From: Botryllus schlosseri
Lineage: Eukaryota
Direction of reading: 5' to 3'
DNA length: 64,000 nt
Assembly (NCBI GenBank): GCA_051294905.1
Contig: CM119371.1
Span: 28,150,001 to 28,214,000 of the forward strand
The notes beneath the pieces were generated by a model. That model saw only the letters and a list, made by a program, of their open reading frames with translations, made no database searches and was not told the DNA's origin. The translations under genes and the position numbers were made by a program. Positions 38,598 to 52,852 of the stretch are shown here, piece by piece. The number at the start of each line of letters is the position of its first letter. Positions within the stretch are counted from its first letter, which is position 1.

Positions 38598-41500
38598 GAT
38601 ATCTTATCAGGGGTGATCAGCAATGTAAACAGTCACTTACCTCCACGGCATTAGTAATTGCGCAAACCATCACATACCAGTGATATCGACTGTGTTTAGT
38701 GAACGTTTCTGTACTTCCATCACGTACTCATGTGTTTTATATTGTTTTCGGAATCACTTAAATGGATAACCCACGTGGACAACTTGTTTAAACAGTATCA
38801 AAGTCTCTTACTTATTTCCACAGGGCTTGTAACTCTCGGCCCCCATCATGGGGTTTATCCCCGGCACAGATAAGTTTCATGGAAAATTCGAATCGACGAA
38901 TGCATTGTCTCCTAACCGGAGGGGGGATTCTTCACTAATAGGGAATTTGCGTTTTGTAGGGAATCTGGCTTAATCGCTCTGATGTATCTGCTGGCGAAAT
39001 CAGACGTACATACAGTGATGCGGAGTTCTGATGAAAGAGGGAAATGATGTGCTGCCTCGATTATAATTATCTTCGGTATATGTAGATGTCTGAGTAGAAG
39101 GGTCTGAAGTGTTACCTGAAGGATCGTAGCCATCCGCTCCTGGCGGTTTTATGGATCAACGAGCATGAACTGCATGTTGCATCTGGCTTCAGGATTGGTA
39201 AGCTTTATCAGGGGAGAGGCATCTGGACTCACCTACTTTCGATTTACTTACGTACCGTACTAGCGTTATGAAATAAAAAGGGTACCGTACAGGTACGATA
39301 CATTGATAACATCATACGACAATTTAGTTCCTCAGTTTCATTATCAGTTTAAAAATATTTTCATCATTTCAAAACACTGCAAAACGCAGTTTTCGAATAC
39401 ATGTTTTCTTCTTGATCTTTTGCGCGAAATGACCTGCCGTGGACGTGACATTCATAATTACAAACTCGACTTACAAACATCGTCATAGCTACCCAGTGCC
39501 CACGTTCTTGATTGGCTAAGTAGCTCTGTAGCACCGGCGGTTAGATATACGGTGTGGGCGTGTAGCGTAATGTTATATGTTACGGTTACGATCGAATACT
39601 TCGAGAGTTGAGACGCCGAAAGTTACATTTGGAATCGGTGTAACAGATATCCCTGCATCCGATTAGTATCAGTTACAATGAATGTAAGATACTTACGATG
39701 TATGACTTTATCAATGGTGAGCTTGGCCTGTCTGTGTCTTACCTCTCGTTTCGCGCTTGATTTTTAAAACAATAAATATGCAAAGTATGTGATTTAAGGA
39801 GAAAATGTTCAAAATCATGTCATTCATGAACATTGATTGAAAATACCAATAGCAATCGAAGGTTTCGCAATTTTCGTTCGCTCATCCTACCAGTCGATTT
39901 TATGGCTTGTCCTTTTATATTTATCAGCTTTGATTTTCAATTATTATGCATGCCTCCTCATTACATCGCATAAGCCCAGGTGGGTATCTGATTTCAAAGA
40001 CTACTCCTAGTCGTTTCTGCATATTCCTATCTTTCATTGTATTGCACTCTTGTGATGTTTTGAAGCGGCGAAATCTTATGAATGAACTTGAACTTAAACA
40101 AGTGGTGGAACTGCCTCACTTGCCTCACTTGCCTCACTTGCCTTCCCTACCCAAACCTACATTCTCGTAACTCTAGTTTCGCACGCTCAAATAAGTCATC
40201 CAGCATGATAAATACGAGTTTTTACAGAGAGAATGCGGCGCTCGCGACAAATACCGAGTCGTGAGTTCAAATTAGTGATACCACGACGTCACGAATTTTC
40301 ATTTGTGACGTAACAGTCGATTGACATGTATGGCTGTTTAGGAATTTAAATGGAAAAAATAGGGTCAATATGGCTCTTTGGACATAAAAGGTTCCCCCCT
40401 CCCCCCCCCCCATCTGACCTAGGCGAGCTAAAGGAGAGGCATTCACACTGAATGAAAAGTAAAGCAGATAATATGAGCGGCAAGCGTACATTGGTCGTTT
40501 CAGTGAAAGTTACAGTAGACGCATTAGCAAGAGGGTAGGGTATCGATGGTACATTTAAATGAGTATATTGCACTGGTTCATGCTCTACAGCAGTGGTTCT
40601 CAGCCGCCGGTCCGCGACGACCTTCCTGCCGGTCCGCCAGGTATTTTACAATTTTATACCTTGATTTCAAGATGCGAAAGGTACGAGCTGACTCGCCAAA
40701 CCGCGCAGTTTGCTCGATGATTCGTTTTCGATTCATTCATTTCGTGCAGAACTACCGCACCCAAGCCCCCTATTGAAGGAGGCCCAAAGTGATTTCGTGA
40801 ATGAACATAAATTATAGAGTATTTCTTTGAAACTTCATCCAACTTAAAAAAAAACAATTCCGCGCTTCTCCCGACTTAGTCTCACTAAATGCCTTGATTA
40901 TTGGGTGACCTTCCCCCAAGAAACACGCATGATATACAGGAATAGGCATTCCAGCGTCAGCCATTGCCGCGCTGCGACGCACCAACACATAATGAAGTTT
41001 AGGCGAACATAGGACTCCGAAAAGTGTGCCAAAGATTCGGCAGAGAGAACACCTTTGCCCTTTGTTGACCCAAAACTTCGATATATATGTGTCACATTGT
41101 CTATAGGCACCAAAATGGCTGGCGCAGAATTTCGCCGACCTGACAATCTGTGCCCAACAAGACAAATGCCATCTCACAGAGTACAGTTATTTTCCAGTGA
41201 AGAAATACTAATTTGGAATTGTGTGCGTATTCTAGTTTGGTGCGCTTGGGCGATATCAATATCTATTCACTATATATAACAGACAGTACGTCATGAAATA
41301 ATGATATACAACAAAGTAATTATTCCAACACGCCCGCCGAATATGTTTAATATTGCTGACGTGTCCTGAATTTTTCAAGACAACGCCTTACTCAGCTCTA
41401 CCGGAAAATCTGATAATTCTGAAAGGATTAAAAAAATAGAGCAATATATACGCAATTAATAATATTATTGACCGATTCGGTCATGAATTATAAAAAATTT

Positions 41501-44480
41501 CCCTGCTTCGCGCGATTAGGCTACATATACTCTCTGCATACATGGAGTAGAATCGATGTGTTCGCGAGTTCTGGTGAAAAAATCCATCTAACTGTAGGAG
41601 GAATAAGGCCAACATTTTTTGAGGGGTTGGGTGACGAAGTGGTTTTGCGGCCCCGGTTTTGTGGATGGCCAGGTGTAGCTGTAGTCAGGTGTTTTAGTGC
41701 GGCGCATTGTATCTGTAGTAGCAAGAGTTGCCTACGTCTGGTGTTGTTGGCAATAAGCATTGAGCAAAGTAGCACGACAAGGTGCTTGGTTCGACTCCGA
41801 AAAACTTCATTTATCGATATTGTCGAAGAGAAGAATATTGTTCTAGGTGGCGTGGTCGTTTACATCCATGGCCAACGGCGCGAAAGACTGTAAAAGACTC
41901 TCGGCGATCGCACGTGTGTCTGCGCAAGGCAATTTTACTTCGACTCAGCCGACTCACTACCGTAAAATCACATGGATGTCATCATGAACATCATCAATTT
42001 CGGCCAACCCCTCAAAATGTCACTCTATAGCACCATATACTTGCAAAAAAACGGCAGCATACTTCAACTTTTCGGTTGATTTCAAATTTTGAAAGTCCAC
42101 CGGTCCGTCAAGTATTTTTCGAAATTTTACCGGTCCGCGAGGTGAAAAAGGTTGAGAACCACTGCTCTAGAGTAGGCCTAGTGGTACTCATCCTTTGGGA
42201 CGTCGCGGACCTGTGAAATTTCAAAACAAATGTTGCTGACTGGTAAACCTTCAAAAATAAAAATCGAAGAAACTGCAGTGTACCTTATCATCGTGTGTGC
42301 GAAGTACGCCAACGAAAGGTACCAGTTTAGCGATGCCTTACTGGACTTGAGAGTACCCTTCATCATGGAAAATATACTAACTACCGACTATATATTACAT
42401 CTGCTGTGGGAATTTTCAGCGAAGACAAAAAACAATACTAAATGGTTTCGTTGAATTCATTTATTATCGCCATATCAATTCGATTAGCAACTGCACATGC
42501 AGTTGTGACGCAAAAGACAACAATTGTTATATGCATCACTCGAATTGTTCGTAAATATAATAATACTCGAAAAAAATAAACATATCCGTGGAATTGTGGG
42601 GGGTTATTGCGGTATGCAAAACATGATCAACCCGCAATGCCAAAATCCAAAATTGAGAATTTTGGTACGTATTGATTTTACCCCTCCTGTACACTCTTGT
42701 GCACGCAATTCACGTTGTACATGTGCATGCAGGTGCCGTACGCGTCTGTCTATGGTTAAGGACATATAGGGTTGCATTCGAAACAAACAGCGTTTGAAAA
42801 CACTTAGTTTATAACATGTTTTAAACAGTTTTTGAACAAATGCTTTTTTATAAAAAAAAAGTTTTTTTTCAAACGTTGTCCAATTATGCTGTAATACGTC
42901 CAAAAACATGTAGTAGGAGCCTATGGACGATCTGCGCCAATAATTGTCCACGTATTCGATGTGAGGTGGCTGGAACCCTCGAAATCGTCGTCGGTTCAAC
43001 AGTTTTAGGCTGTAGATATAAATCATTGGTACGGAATAAGTGTTCTGAGGATGATTATCGCCGATGGTAAAAATGCTGCGTAGCGATGTAGCCATGGTTA
43101 AATATATTTTGGTCGGTTTATGACAGTGGTTGGCGGTCCTTTCCGTCGAAAGAGCCCTATTTATCCTAGATTTTCAATTATAAATGTCAATCCACGGTGA
43201 CGTCACAATTAAATATTCCTGACGTCATGGCTAAAACACACACAAAAAAGCAATTAAAAACATGTTTAAACAAGGGCCTTTGGTTTTAAATTGATTTTTG
43301 TTTTAATGCAACCCAAAGGACATAGCTGCTAGTATGCGGTGAGCGTGGACTCTCTATGTTCAAACCATCCCTATTTCATGGATCCCATGATCAAGTATCC
43401 TCGTCCGATGATACGCGATCAGTACAATGCGCCTTACCCATCAAAGTCTATATCATCATGGCCAAACACTACCGTAACCGACTGCGCAAATTTCCTGATA
43501 TAATTTCAGTAAATTTATATGAGCAAAATTCGAGTGTAAATTTAAGGAACGCGGTAGAGTATAATAAATCTTGCTAATAAATAGAAGTATGACAAATATA
43601 TATAGCAGCTCTCCCCTAAATTCATATTTTACGTCATAGTTAAATGTCCGATCAATCACTAGTTCAAACAGCTGCAATTTTAGTTACCTAATAACGCTAC
43701 AATGAAGCGAGTTTTATGGCTTCTTAGAATTCGCGTCGCCCAGCAATTGCGGCAACACAAAATTCGAAGTCATAAAAAATGATTTACGATCAATGCATAA
43801 ACGGAAAGATTTTTTATGGTACGTTTGGATTTACCATAGCCTATTTCTAGTTGGTTACGCCCGCAAGGGAACACGTAATTCACGGAAACGAGGGAATAAT
43901 CAAGTTTAAGGCAGCATGCGACTCCTGTAAGTCTGTAGCTTAAAAGATCAGAGGCTGTTAGACCTTGCCAAAACATTCCGCCGCATGTTAGCCAAAACTG
44001 TAGGCCTTAATGTCCAGTGCAGCAATGGCCGGCACCTGATAGTGCTGTCTTCCAAAACTGATCCGGATCATGACAAAATGACAAATTGGCCTAGTCGGCG
44101 TGTCACTGAAGGACTATTTCTTTAGTTCAGTGTGATACGCGTTGAAGATTCCAATACATATTGACTGTAGTAATAATCTGACATTTGCCGCTTACTGCAT
44201 CAATCTAATGTGTTACATATACAGATCACGATCACCCAATTTCAGTTAACATCCGCATCACACGACCAAAATCAATTATCAAAACAACAGTTCAAGCAAC
44301 TGGATTTCGCTGTTGGCCTGTTTGTCTTTATTAAGAATTGCTAATAAAGCACTTATATAGCATCGGTAAGTCTTGATTAGTTCTGCAGATTCGATCAATA
44401 GGCGGAGAACAATCAAAATATCCATCGATTGTTGTTTCGATTGTGGAAATATGTTCCGCTAACGTTGTATAGCGAAAATA
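38598..44480 (+). pseudogene. Decayed LRR gene, copy B, split by insertions (homologous blocks about 38598-39265, 42520-42770 and 43480-44480)
   Basis: Colinear DNA homology to copy A; fragments LHLASGLVSFIRGEASGLTYF (about 39177-39240) and PWNC / YCGMQNMINPQCQNPKLR...SCARNSRCTC. Confidence 0.55.
40591..42164. mobile_element. hAT-type element
   Basis: CAGTGGTTCTCAGCC...GGTTGAGAACCACTG; TSD CTCTACAG/CTCTAGAG; CCGGTCCG repeats. The interior at about 40750-41520 is homologous to about 57810-58570. Confidence 0.87.
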
Positions 44481-44848
44481 TTATGCAGTGAAAATTATGG
44501 TCTCCCCACGCACCCCCAGCGTAAGCCTTAGACCACTTAAGACTGCTTTATTGAAGAATTCGCGATTATACGTTTCACGGGATACCTAAATTAAAAGTTA
44601 TGCTTCATAAAGGCTTATTTATACAACAATATTGATAGCGGTGATTAGCTATGTAAACGGTGACTCATACGGTTATACCCCTCGCCCTCGGATTTATTAA
44701 TTGTATGAACTGTAGCATACCGGTGTAAATTGAAGCTAGATGTGCTCTCATGATGCACTCATGTCATACATTTATCTTGTTTTGCGAGTCACTTGAAACG
44801 TTTACCCGCGTGGACGGCTTGTTTGAATAGTATCAAGGTCTGCTATAC

Positions 44849-45826
44849 CAGTGCTTCTTAACCGATGGGCCGGGAAGATATTTTAAGAAACGATCATAGA
44901 TCCAAATTTGTAGGTCTGTTCTCTACCACGCAAGTCAAAATTAGCAAAAAATGTCAAAATTTTCAACGTTTTCTTCACCTTTCGTATGATGATTCCGGAA
45001 CATGTAATTGACGGACAAGCGAGGCTCGTGCACTTTCGGACCTAACTCAGTACAGCCTTACGGAGAAAATGTGCTTTTGGTCCGAAAGTGCATGAGTCCC
45101 GTAGTAGTCCGGTTTCGTCAAATTCAGATTTGGGAATTAGGCTGCGTGATTCGCAAAATATGAGTTTTGAAATGTTAGTCACCTTTATAACTCCCAGAGA
45201 AATGCAGAGATACCTCAAATATGTGACAGGCGGTACTGACCTTGAATAGTGCTTTCAGAACTATATTGATTGCAGTTGAATTTGTTACCTCAAATACTTT
45301 TCGTTTGTCCCTTATCAAATTTCCAAATATTCAAAATATTTCATATTCTCAAGATTAGAAAAGTAATTTCACATTCTCCTTCTTTAAATTAAATTGTTTT
45401 GCGCGAAAAGCTCACAATTCGGTAGTCAGATTTTCGTCACAATCATATTGAGTGGAGCGTGAAATCCGACAGTGCGTTATTGTGTATGGAAGAGATTGAA
45501 ATTAATTCTTTCTTCAAAGTCTTTGCGAACATTGATCGGGAAATGTAGCAATCCAGCCCAATTATCACAAATCAAGCTCCTCATAACCCGTTAATTCGAC
45601 GTAATAGACGAATTGCTGATTGGATATTCGCTTTATTGTCTGTTTTTGTCTGTGGTATTCATGGCGTTCTGGTACTAGTAGGCGCGACGAGATAACTGTA
45701 CCGCACTGAAAACATAAAAAATGGCAACCAGGAGCAGTGGTTTGTCGCGAAAGGGTGTCTGGTGGGCCGCGCTATGAAATTTGGTTGAAAGGTGGGACGC
45801 GAACTGAAAAAGGTTGAGAAGCACTG
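44849..45826. mobile_element. hAT-type MITE, 978 bp
   Basis: CAGTGCTTCTTAACC...GGTTGAGAAGCACTG; perfect TSD TGCTATAC. A partial inverted copy runs from about 52209 into the gap. Confidence 0.92.
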
Positions 45827-46339
45827 TGCTATACCTTCGTATTGCCACATACCATGCGACTCTCGATTGCCATCATGGGGTTGAGTCATACCATACCATA
45901 GCGTGCTCTTCAACCTATTTGAGCACCGTCCGCACATTTTTGCATACCATTACGAACCATAATAAAATGATTCCGCGTATGCGTTGATCGTAAATCATTT
46001 AATATTACTCCGAGTTTTGTGTTGCCGCAATCGCTCGGCAACGCGGATTTCATGAAGCATTAAAAATCGCATCATCGTGGTATTATTAGAAAACTAATAT
46101 AGCTGTTTGAATTAATGATTGATCGAATATTGACATTTGACGAGAAATTGAAATTTACGTGAACGCGGCAATATATATTTGCCATACTTCTATTTATTAG
46201 CAAGATTTATTATACTCTACTGCGTTCTTTAAATTTACACTCAAATTTACCGCCCTGAATTTACCGAACTGAAGGCTAACCAATAAATGTGTCCTGTCGG
46301 TTATGTCGATCTTGGACCCCTCTGATATATGATGAAATA

Positions 46340-48294
46340 AATATACCTTAATATGAAATATGTAATAGAATACCTAACAATAGTCTATTCAGATGTGCGA
46401 CATGTAGGCTATCGTTTTAGGCTATCATGTGTGTCAGCAAAAAGACAACTCTTTTTCTCTCTTTTTGAGTTCAACTATAGCGCACATAAACCCCTTTCAG
46501 CGAACAAATTTTGGGTTTTATATAAGTACTTCTAGTGGTTGGAAGGTCGGGTCTTTATAAGAATCTTCCAGCGCTCCTATCAAAAATACGTCATATTTTC
46601 TGCAAGTGGAAAATGCTTGCTGGCAGCAATCGATTTTATTTGTATGACACACTAAGGTCTCGGAGGGTCCAGTTCGTTGAAGGGGTGCAAAATCCAATTG
46701 TTTGCTTTAATACTTCTGATGGATAAGAAAATATGCTCGAAAACTATATCAAAGAGAGGACGTACATTGTTACTCGCTGGCTACCTTATGATGCGCTGCT
46801 CCAATATGTGTTGTATTATTTTAATTTCCCATTTTCTGCCCCGCTAATAAATGAGAAGAGCAAAAAAGCCAACGATACCGCATGTTCTGCACTTTAACTT
46901 AATCCAATGTGAAAGGTCATAGCACTTCAATAACCTCAAAGCTGCGATTCATAAACATTTCAGAGCGCCACCGGAACCTGAGTTTTATTTGCATCTCCCT
47001 ACTCAAGCCTCACACATCAAAAATAACTGATTTATAATCTTATAATATTATGCTCCAATTTTATGAGCATGTATGACAAGGAGAACGGGCAGACAACAAT
47101 TGTACGCAACACACGCGATATCAAATAGAGGTGAATTATTTTCCTCTGCATGTTGCATTTGGACTACTGTCTTGTGTCTACTCATATTACCAGGACGGGT
47201 CTATTCGTTGCCGACTGGCTACCATTTCGACGACCGATCATATCAATATCGAGAGTTTTGGCAAACCAGTGACGGTCATTTTTGCCCAAAGTGTTGTCGC
47301 CGACGGTATACACTTTGCGACCCATGCTTTAAAAACCCTCCTTAAAGGGGTAAAATACCTCGTTATTGTAATACGGTTATTGTGGCGACCCTGGCGACAA
47401 TATAGGTATGTGACTTAAACACTTGCTACATCAGTGTTTCCCAACGTGGGCGCCAGCGCCGCCTGGGGTGCTCGCAAGCGTGAAGGAGGCACTGGTCATG
47501 AAATGGGCGAATGGGGGACGCTGGCTATAAAATTGGGCGGTAGGGGGTGCTGAGAGCAAATGTGGGCGGTGTAGGTTTAAAAGGCAACTGCTGGGTAGTG
47601 TTTAATCGATTGATAAATAAAGCAGCTAAGTACGCAAAAAACTGCAAAATCGATACAGTCAAGGCAATTTAGGATCATCCGTCGTCGTCCGTTCAGCTGT
47701 ACGGAAAAGTCCATTGTTACATGTTAATCTTGATCCTGCGTATCAATAAACTCCTTTAGCAGTCGACAGACCTCCTAGAAAGCGTGGTTCATTATGTGCT
47801 GTCAGAACTACGGAGTATTTGAGCAGTTATTGCTTACTGCAAGAGTGAGGACTTTTAAAGACAAACTGTCTTGCGTGATTTTATTCTCTGTTTTAAACAA
47901 TCGTGGATTTTTACAGTGCTGCGACCGTGGTCTTCGACATGGTACTCTGGTTGCGAGAAACGATATCAATTCTACTTGACGGGCATATTTTCCAAAATTT
48001 ATACGTAGAATATATCTATTCTTAAAAATGATGAAACCTGATAAAGGTCCGGATTCATTGATAAGCTCGTGATATTTTGACGAAACTTTGGGAGGCGTGA
48101 ACTGTTTCAATTATCAAGGTTGTAAGAGCTACCGATCAAGCTTGAATACCTGATTTTGATGGAGAAACACATATCAATCATCTCAGAAAACTGAAACGAG
48201 GACATGGTGATTTGATTCCAGGATATATTCCAATCAGAAATTCCTTATCGGATAATCAATCCATTCTGCAAAGTTTCCGAGCATGGAAATGATT
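46340..48294 (+). pseudogene. Decayed LRR-receptor fragments (mirrored at about 49668-51690 on the minus strand)
   Basis: IEYLTIVYSDVRHV, GLYKNLPAL, EGVQNPIVC (LRRCT-like), LQCCDRGL (LRRNT-like), VLWLRETISILLDGHIFQNL and LPIKLEYLILMEKHISIISEN. Confidence 0.5.
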
Positions 48295-49667
48295 AAGGAG
48301 GATAATAGAGAAAACAAGACACAACGACAAAGCTCGTACTAACATAACGATACTGAGAGTAAGGTATGGAGAGAATGCACAAAACCTAAACTACGAAAAT
48401 TTATTCAACAGAATCCGAAGAAACGTAAACCAAATTAAAGGGCAACGATTAAGCTGGATCGGGAAAATAAAAGCAACGAAAGCGATGATTGCACCAAAGA
48501 TAACATACACGGCTTATGCATCGCCGCTAACTGCCAAACAAGTACGAGAGATACAGGGAGAACTATTTCGAATGCTCTGGGCGCCGGAAAAGATCGAAGC
48601 AAAAAGCCGGAGTACTCTTATAAAAGAAAGAAAATACGGAGGTATAGGAATGATTGATATAGTAACCCTTATCAAGGCAAAAAGATTCAAACGAGCCCAA
48701 ATTCTAAGTATAATAACCGAACCGGAGGAAATATGGCATCAAGAAGCAATATATAACATGGGCACCAGTATAAAAAATATTAACCCAACGTTATATCATA
48801 ATAATATGCCACACAGGTACAAGCCGACGAAGAGCTTTACGGAAGAAATCACAACATACAGCAACATAATAGCCGAATGCGAGGATCCTGAAAGAATCAC
48901 GCAAAGAGAAGTATATGAAATATTGCTAAATACCGTAACCGAGTCCAACCAAGAAATGCAACACTGGAAGGAAATATGGCTAACATCCTCGGTCATAACT
49001 AAATATATTAATAACCAAGAAAGAGAAATATCATACCGAATAGTAACCGAAGCTATATTTACAGGATCAAGAATGAAAAAGGCAAAATGGACCCACAGGA
49101 AAAATATGCCAAATAAAAGCCAATGCAAACTATGCGGGATAGAGAATGACACGATGAAGCACATGTATGTAGAATGCCAAACATACAAAGAAATCTTTTA
49201 TTTTATCAGGAAAGAACTCGAAGAATAGTCAGAGCAGACATCGATATAACCGAGGAGCAAGCATACAAAAACACATACTCCGGTCCACACTGAAAATCCA
49301 CCACAGTGGCATATACGAGTGCAAAAGGCGAAATATGGAGATTCAAAAGACATATGGACATTATCAATCATTACGCAACGGCCCAAGAAATAAACGATCT
49401 CAAGGAAACAATAAAAAAGAAAGTTAAATCAAAGATACAAGGAGTGTGACGAAAAAACGCCATACCGACCCGACGCGCGCGAATATAATAATACCAAATA
49501 TTCATATAGAATCGCCATAAAAATATATATACCTACAATGGTCTACCGCTTAAGATAAGATACATACATATCTTACAAGCACTTGTGTATTTTCTTTTCA
49601 TGTTATGTTATTTTTCGATAATACTGCACTTTGAAATAAAATCACAAAAAAAAAAAAAAAAAAAAAA
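48293..49667 (+). mobile_element. 5'-truncated L1/Tx1-clade LINE: ORF2 C-terminal part, 3' UTR and poly(A)
   Basis: Frame open 48293-49228 with LSWIGKIKATKAMIAPK, YGGIGMID and CKLCGIENDTMKHMYVEC (zf-RVT-like). The coding strand is A-rich. AATAAA at 49635-49640; A22 tail at 49646-49667; no TSD. Confidence 0.92.
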
Positions 49668-52600
49668 GGTGGATTGGAGATGATATTGAACTTTGGCTTG
49701 AACTCAAAATAGTTCAGCACTACAATAGAATCAGCACCTCAATCATTTCATGCTCGGAAACTTTGCAGAATGGATTGATTATCCGATAAGGAATTTCTGA
49801 TTGGAATATATCCTGGAATCAAATCACCATGTCCTCGTTCAGTTTTCTGAGATGATTGATATGTGTTTCTCCATCAAAATCAGGTATTCAAGCTTGATCG
49901 GTAGCTCTTACAACCTTGATAATTGAAACAGTTCACGCCTCCCAAAGTTTCGTCAAAATATCACGAGCTTATCAATGAATCCGGACCTTTATCAGGTTTC
50001 ATCATTTTTAAGAATAGATATATTCTACGTATAAATTTTGGAAAATATGCCCGTCAAGTAGAATTGATATCGTTTCTCGCAACCAGAGTACCATGTCGAA
50101 GACCACGGTCGCAGCACTGTAAAAATCCACGATTGTTTAAAACAGAGAATAAAATCACGCAAGACAGTTTGTCTTTAAAAGTCCTCACTCTTGCAGTAAG
50201 CAATAACTGCTCAAATACTCCGTAGTTCTGACAGCACATAATGAACCACGCTTTCTAGGAGGTCTGTCGACTGCTAAAGGAGTTTATTGATACGCAGGAT
50301 CAAGATTAACATGTAACAATGGACTTTTCCGTACAGCTGAACGGACGACGACGGATGATCCTAAATTGCCTTGACTGTATCGATTTTGCAGTTTTTTGCG
50401 TACTTAGCTGCTTTATTTATCAATCGATTAAACACTACCCAGCAGTTGCCTTTTAAACCTACACCGCCCACATTTGCTCTCAGCACCCCCTACCGCCCAA
50501 TTTTATAGCCAGCGTCCCCCATTCGCCCATTTCATGACCAGTGCCTCCTTCACGCTTGCGAGCACCCCAGGCGGCGCTGGCGCCCACGTTGGGAAAACAC
50601 TGATGTAGCAAGTGTTTAAGTCACATACCTATATTGTCGCCAGGGTCGCCACAATAACCGTATTACAATAACGAGGTATTTTACCCCTTTAAGGAGGGTT
50701 TTTAAAGCATGGGTCGCAAAGTGTATACCGTCGGCGACAACACTTTGGGCAAAAATGACCGTCACTGGTTTGCCAAAACTCTCGATATTGATATGATCGG
50801 TCGTCGAAATGGTAGCCAGTCGGCAACGAATAGACCCGTCCTGGTAATATGAGTAGACACAAGACAGTAGTCCAAATGCAACATGCAGAGGAAAATAATT
50901 CACCTCTATTTGATATCGCGTGTGTTGCGTACAATTGTTGTCTGCCCGTTCTCCTTGTCATACATGCTCATAAAATTGGAGCATAATATTATAAGATTAT
51001 AAATCAGTTATTTTTGATGTGTGAGGCTTGAGTAGGGAGATGCAAATAAAACTCAGGTTCCGGTGGCGCTCTGAAATGTTTATGAATCGCAGCTTTGAGG
51101 TTATTGAAGTGCTATGACCTTTCACATTGGATTAAGTTAAAGTGCAGAACATGCGGTATCGTTGGCTTTTTTGCTCTTCTCATTTATTAGCGGGGCAGAA
51201 AATGGGAAATTAAAATAATACAACACATATTGGAGCAGCGCATCATAAGGTAGCCAGCGAGTAACAATGTACGTCCTCTCTTTGATATAGTTTTCGAGCA
51301 TATTTTCTTATCCATCAGAAGTATTAAAGCAAACAATTGGATTTTGCACCCCTTCAACGAACTGGACCCTCCGAGACCTTAGTGTGTCATACAAATAAAT
51401 CGATTGCTGCCAGCAAGCATTTTCCACTTGCAGAAAATATGACGTATTTTTGATAGGAGCGCTGGAAGATTCTTAATAAAGACCCGACCTTCCAACCACT
51501 AGAAGTACTTATATAAAACCCAAAATTTGTTCGCTGAAAGGGGTTTATGTGCGCTATAGTTGAACTCAAAAAGAGAGAAAAAGAGTTGTCTTTTTGCTGA
51601 CACACATGATAGCCTAAAACGATAGCCTACATGTCGCACATCTGAATAGACTATTGTTAGGTATTCTATTACATATTTCATATTAAGGTATATTTATTTC
51701 ATCATATATCAGAGGGGTCCAAGATCGACATAACCGACATGGACACATTTATTGGTTAGCCTTCAGTTCGGTAAATTCAGGGCGGTAAATTTGAGTGTAA
51801 ATTTAAAGAACGCAGTAGAGTATAATAAATCTTGCTAATAAATAGAAGTATGGCAAATATATATTGCCGCGTTCACGTAAATTTCAATTTCTCGTCAAAT
51901 GTCAATATTCGATCAATCATTAATTCAAACAGCTATATTAGTTTTCTAATAATACCACGATGATGCGATTTTTAATGCTTCATGAAATCCGCGTTGCCGA
52001 GCGATTGCGGCAACACAAAACTCGGAGTAATATTAAATGATTTACGATCAACGCATACGCGGAATCATTTTATTATGGTTCGTAATGGTATGCAAAAATG
52101 TGCGGACGGTGCTCAAATAGGTTGAAGAGCACGCTATGGTATGGTATGACTCAACCCCATGATGGCAATCGAGAGTCGCATGGTATGTGGCAATACGAAG
52201 GTATAGCACAGTGCTTCTCAACCTTTTTTCAGTTCGCGTCCCACCTTTCAACCAAATTTCATAGCGCGGCCCACCAGACACCCTTTCGCGACAAACCACT
52301 GCTCCTGGTTGCCATTTTTTATGTTTTCAGTGCGGTACAGTTATCTCGTCGCGCCTACTAGTACCAGAACGCCATGAATACCACAGACAAAAACAGACAA
52401 TAAAGCGAATATCCAATCAGCAATTCGTCTATTACGTCGAATTAACGGGTTATGAGGAGCTTGATTTGTGATAATTGGGCTGGATTGCTACATTTCCCGA
52501 TCAATGTTCGCAAAGACTTTGAAGAAAGAATTAATTTCAATCTCTTCCATACACAATAACGCACTGTCGGATTTCACGCTCCACTCAATACTGATTGTGA

Positions 52601-52852
52601 CGAAAATCTGACTACCGAAATGTGAGCTTTTCGCGCAAAACAATTTAATTTAAAGAAGGAGAATGTGAAATTACTTTTCTAATCTTGAGAATATGAAATA
52701 TTTTGAATATTTGGAAATTTGATAAGGGACAAACGAAAAGTATTGAGGTAACAAATTCAACTGCAATCAATATAGTTTCTGAAAGCACTATTCAAGGTCA
52801 GTACCGCCTGTCACATATTTGAGGTATCTCTGCATTTCTCTGGGAGTTATAA

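Larger units (their letters stand above)
45185..52852. repeat. Large inverted repeat: arms about 45185-48294 and 49741-52852, spacer about 1.45 kb
   Basis: Mirror-image ORFs with identical translations (e.g. 47131-47418 + and 50616-50903 -). The arms differ mostly by single-base indels. The right arm is cut by the N gap. Confidence 0.96.

Noticed and set aside
40111..40148. TGCCTCACT tandem repeat giving LPHLPH or CLTCLT peptides
   Set aside because: Simple 9-bp slippage repeat with no coding support.
41468..42030. ORFs inside the 40591-42164 element as a hAT transposase
   Set aside because: No BED finger, DDE or dimerisation motif recognisable.
47073..51681. Pairs of identical short ORFs as conserved small genes
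   Set aside because: The identity is a trivial result of the recent inverted duplication.
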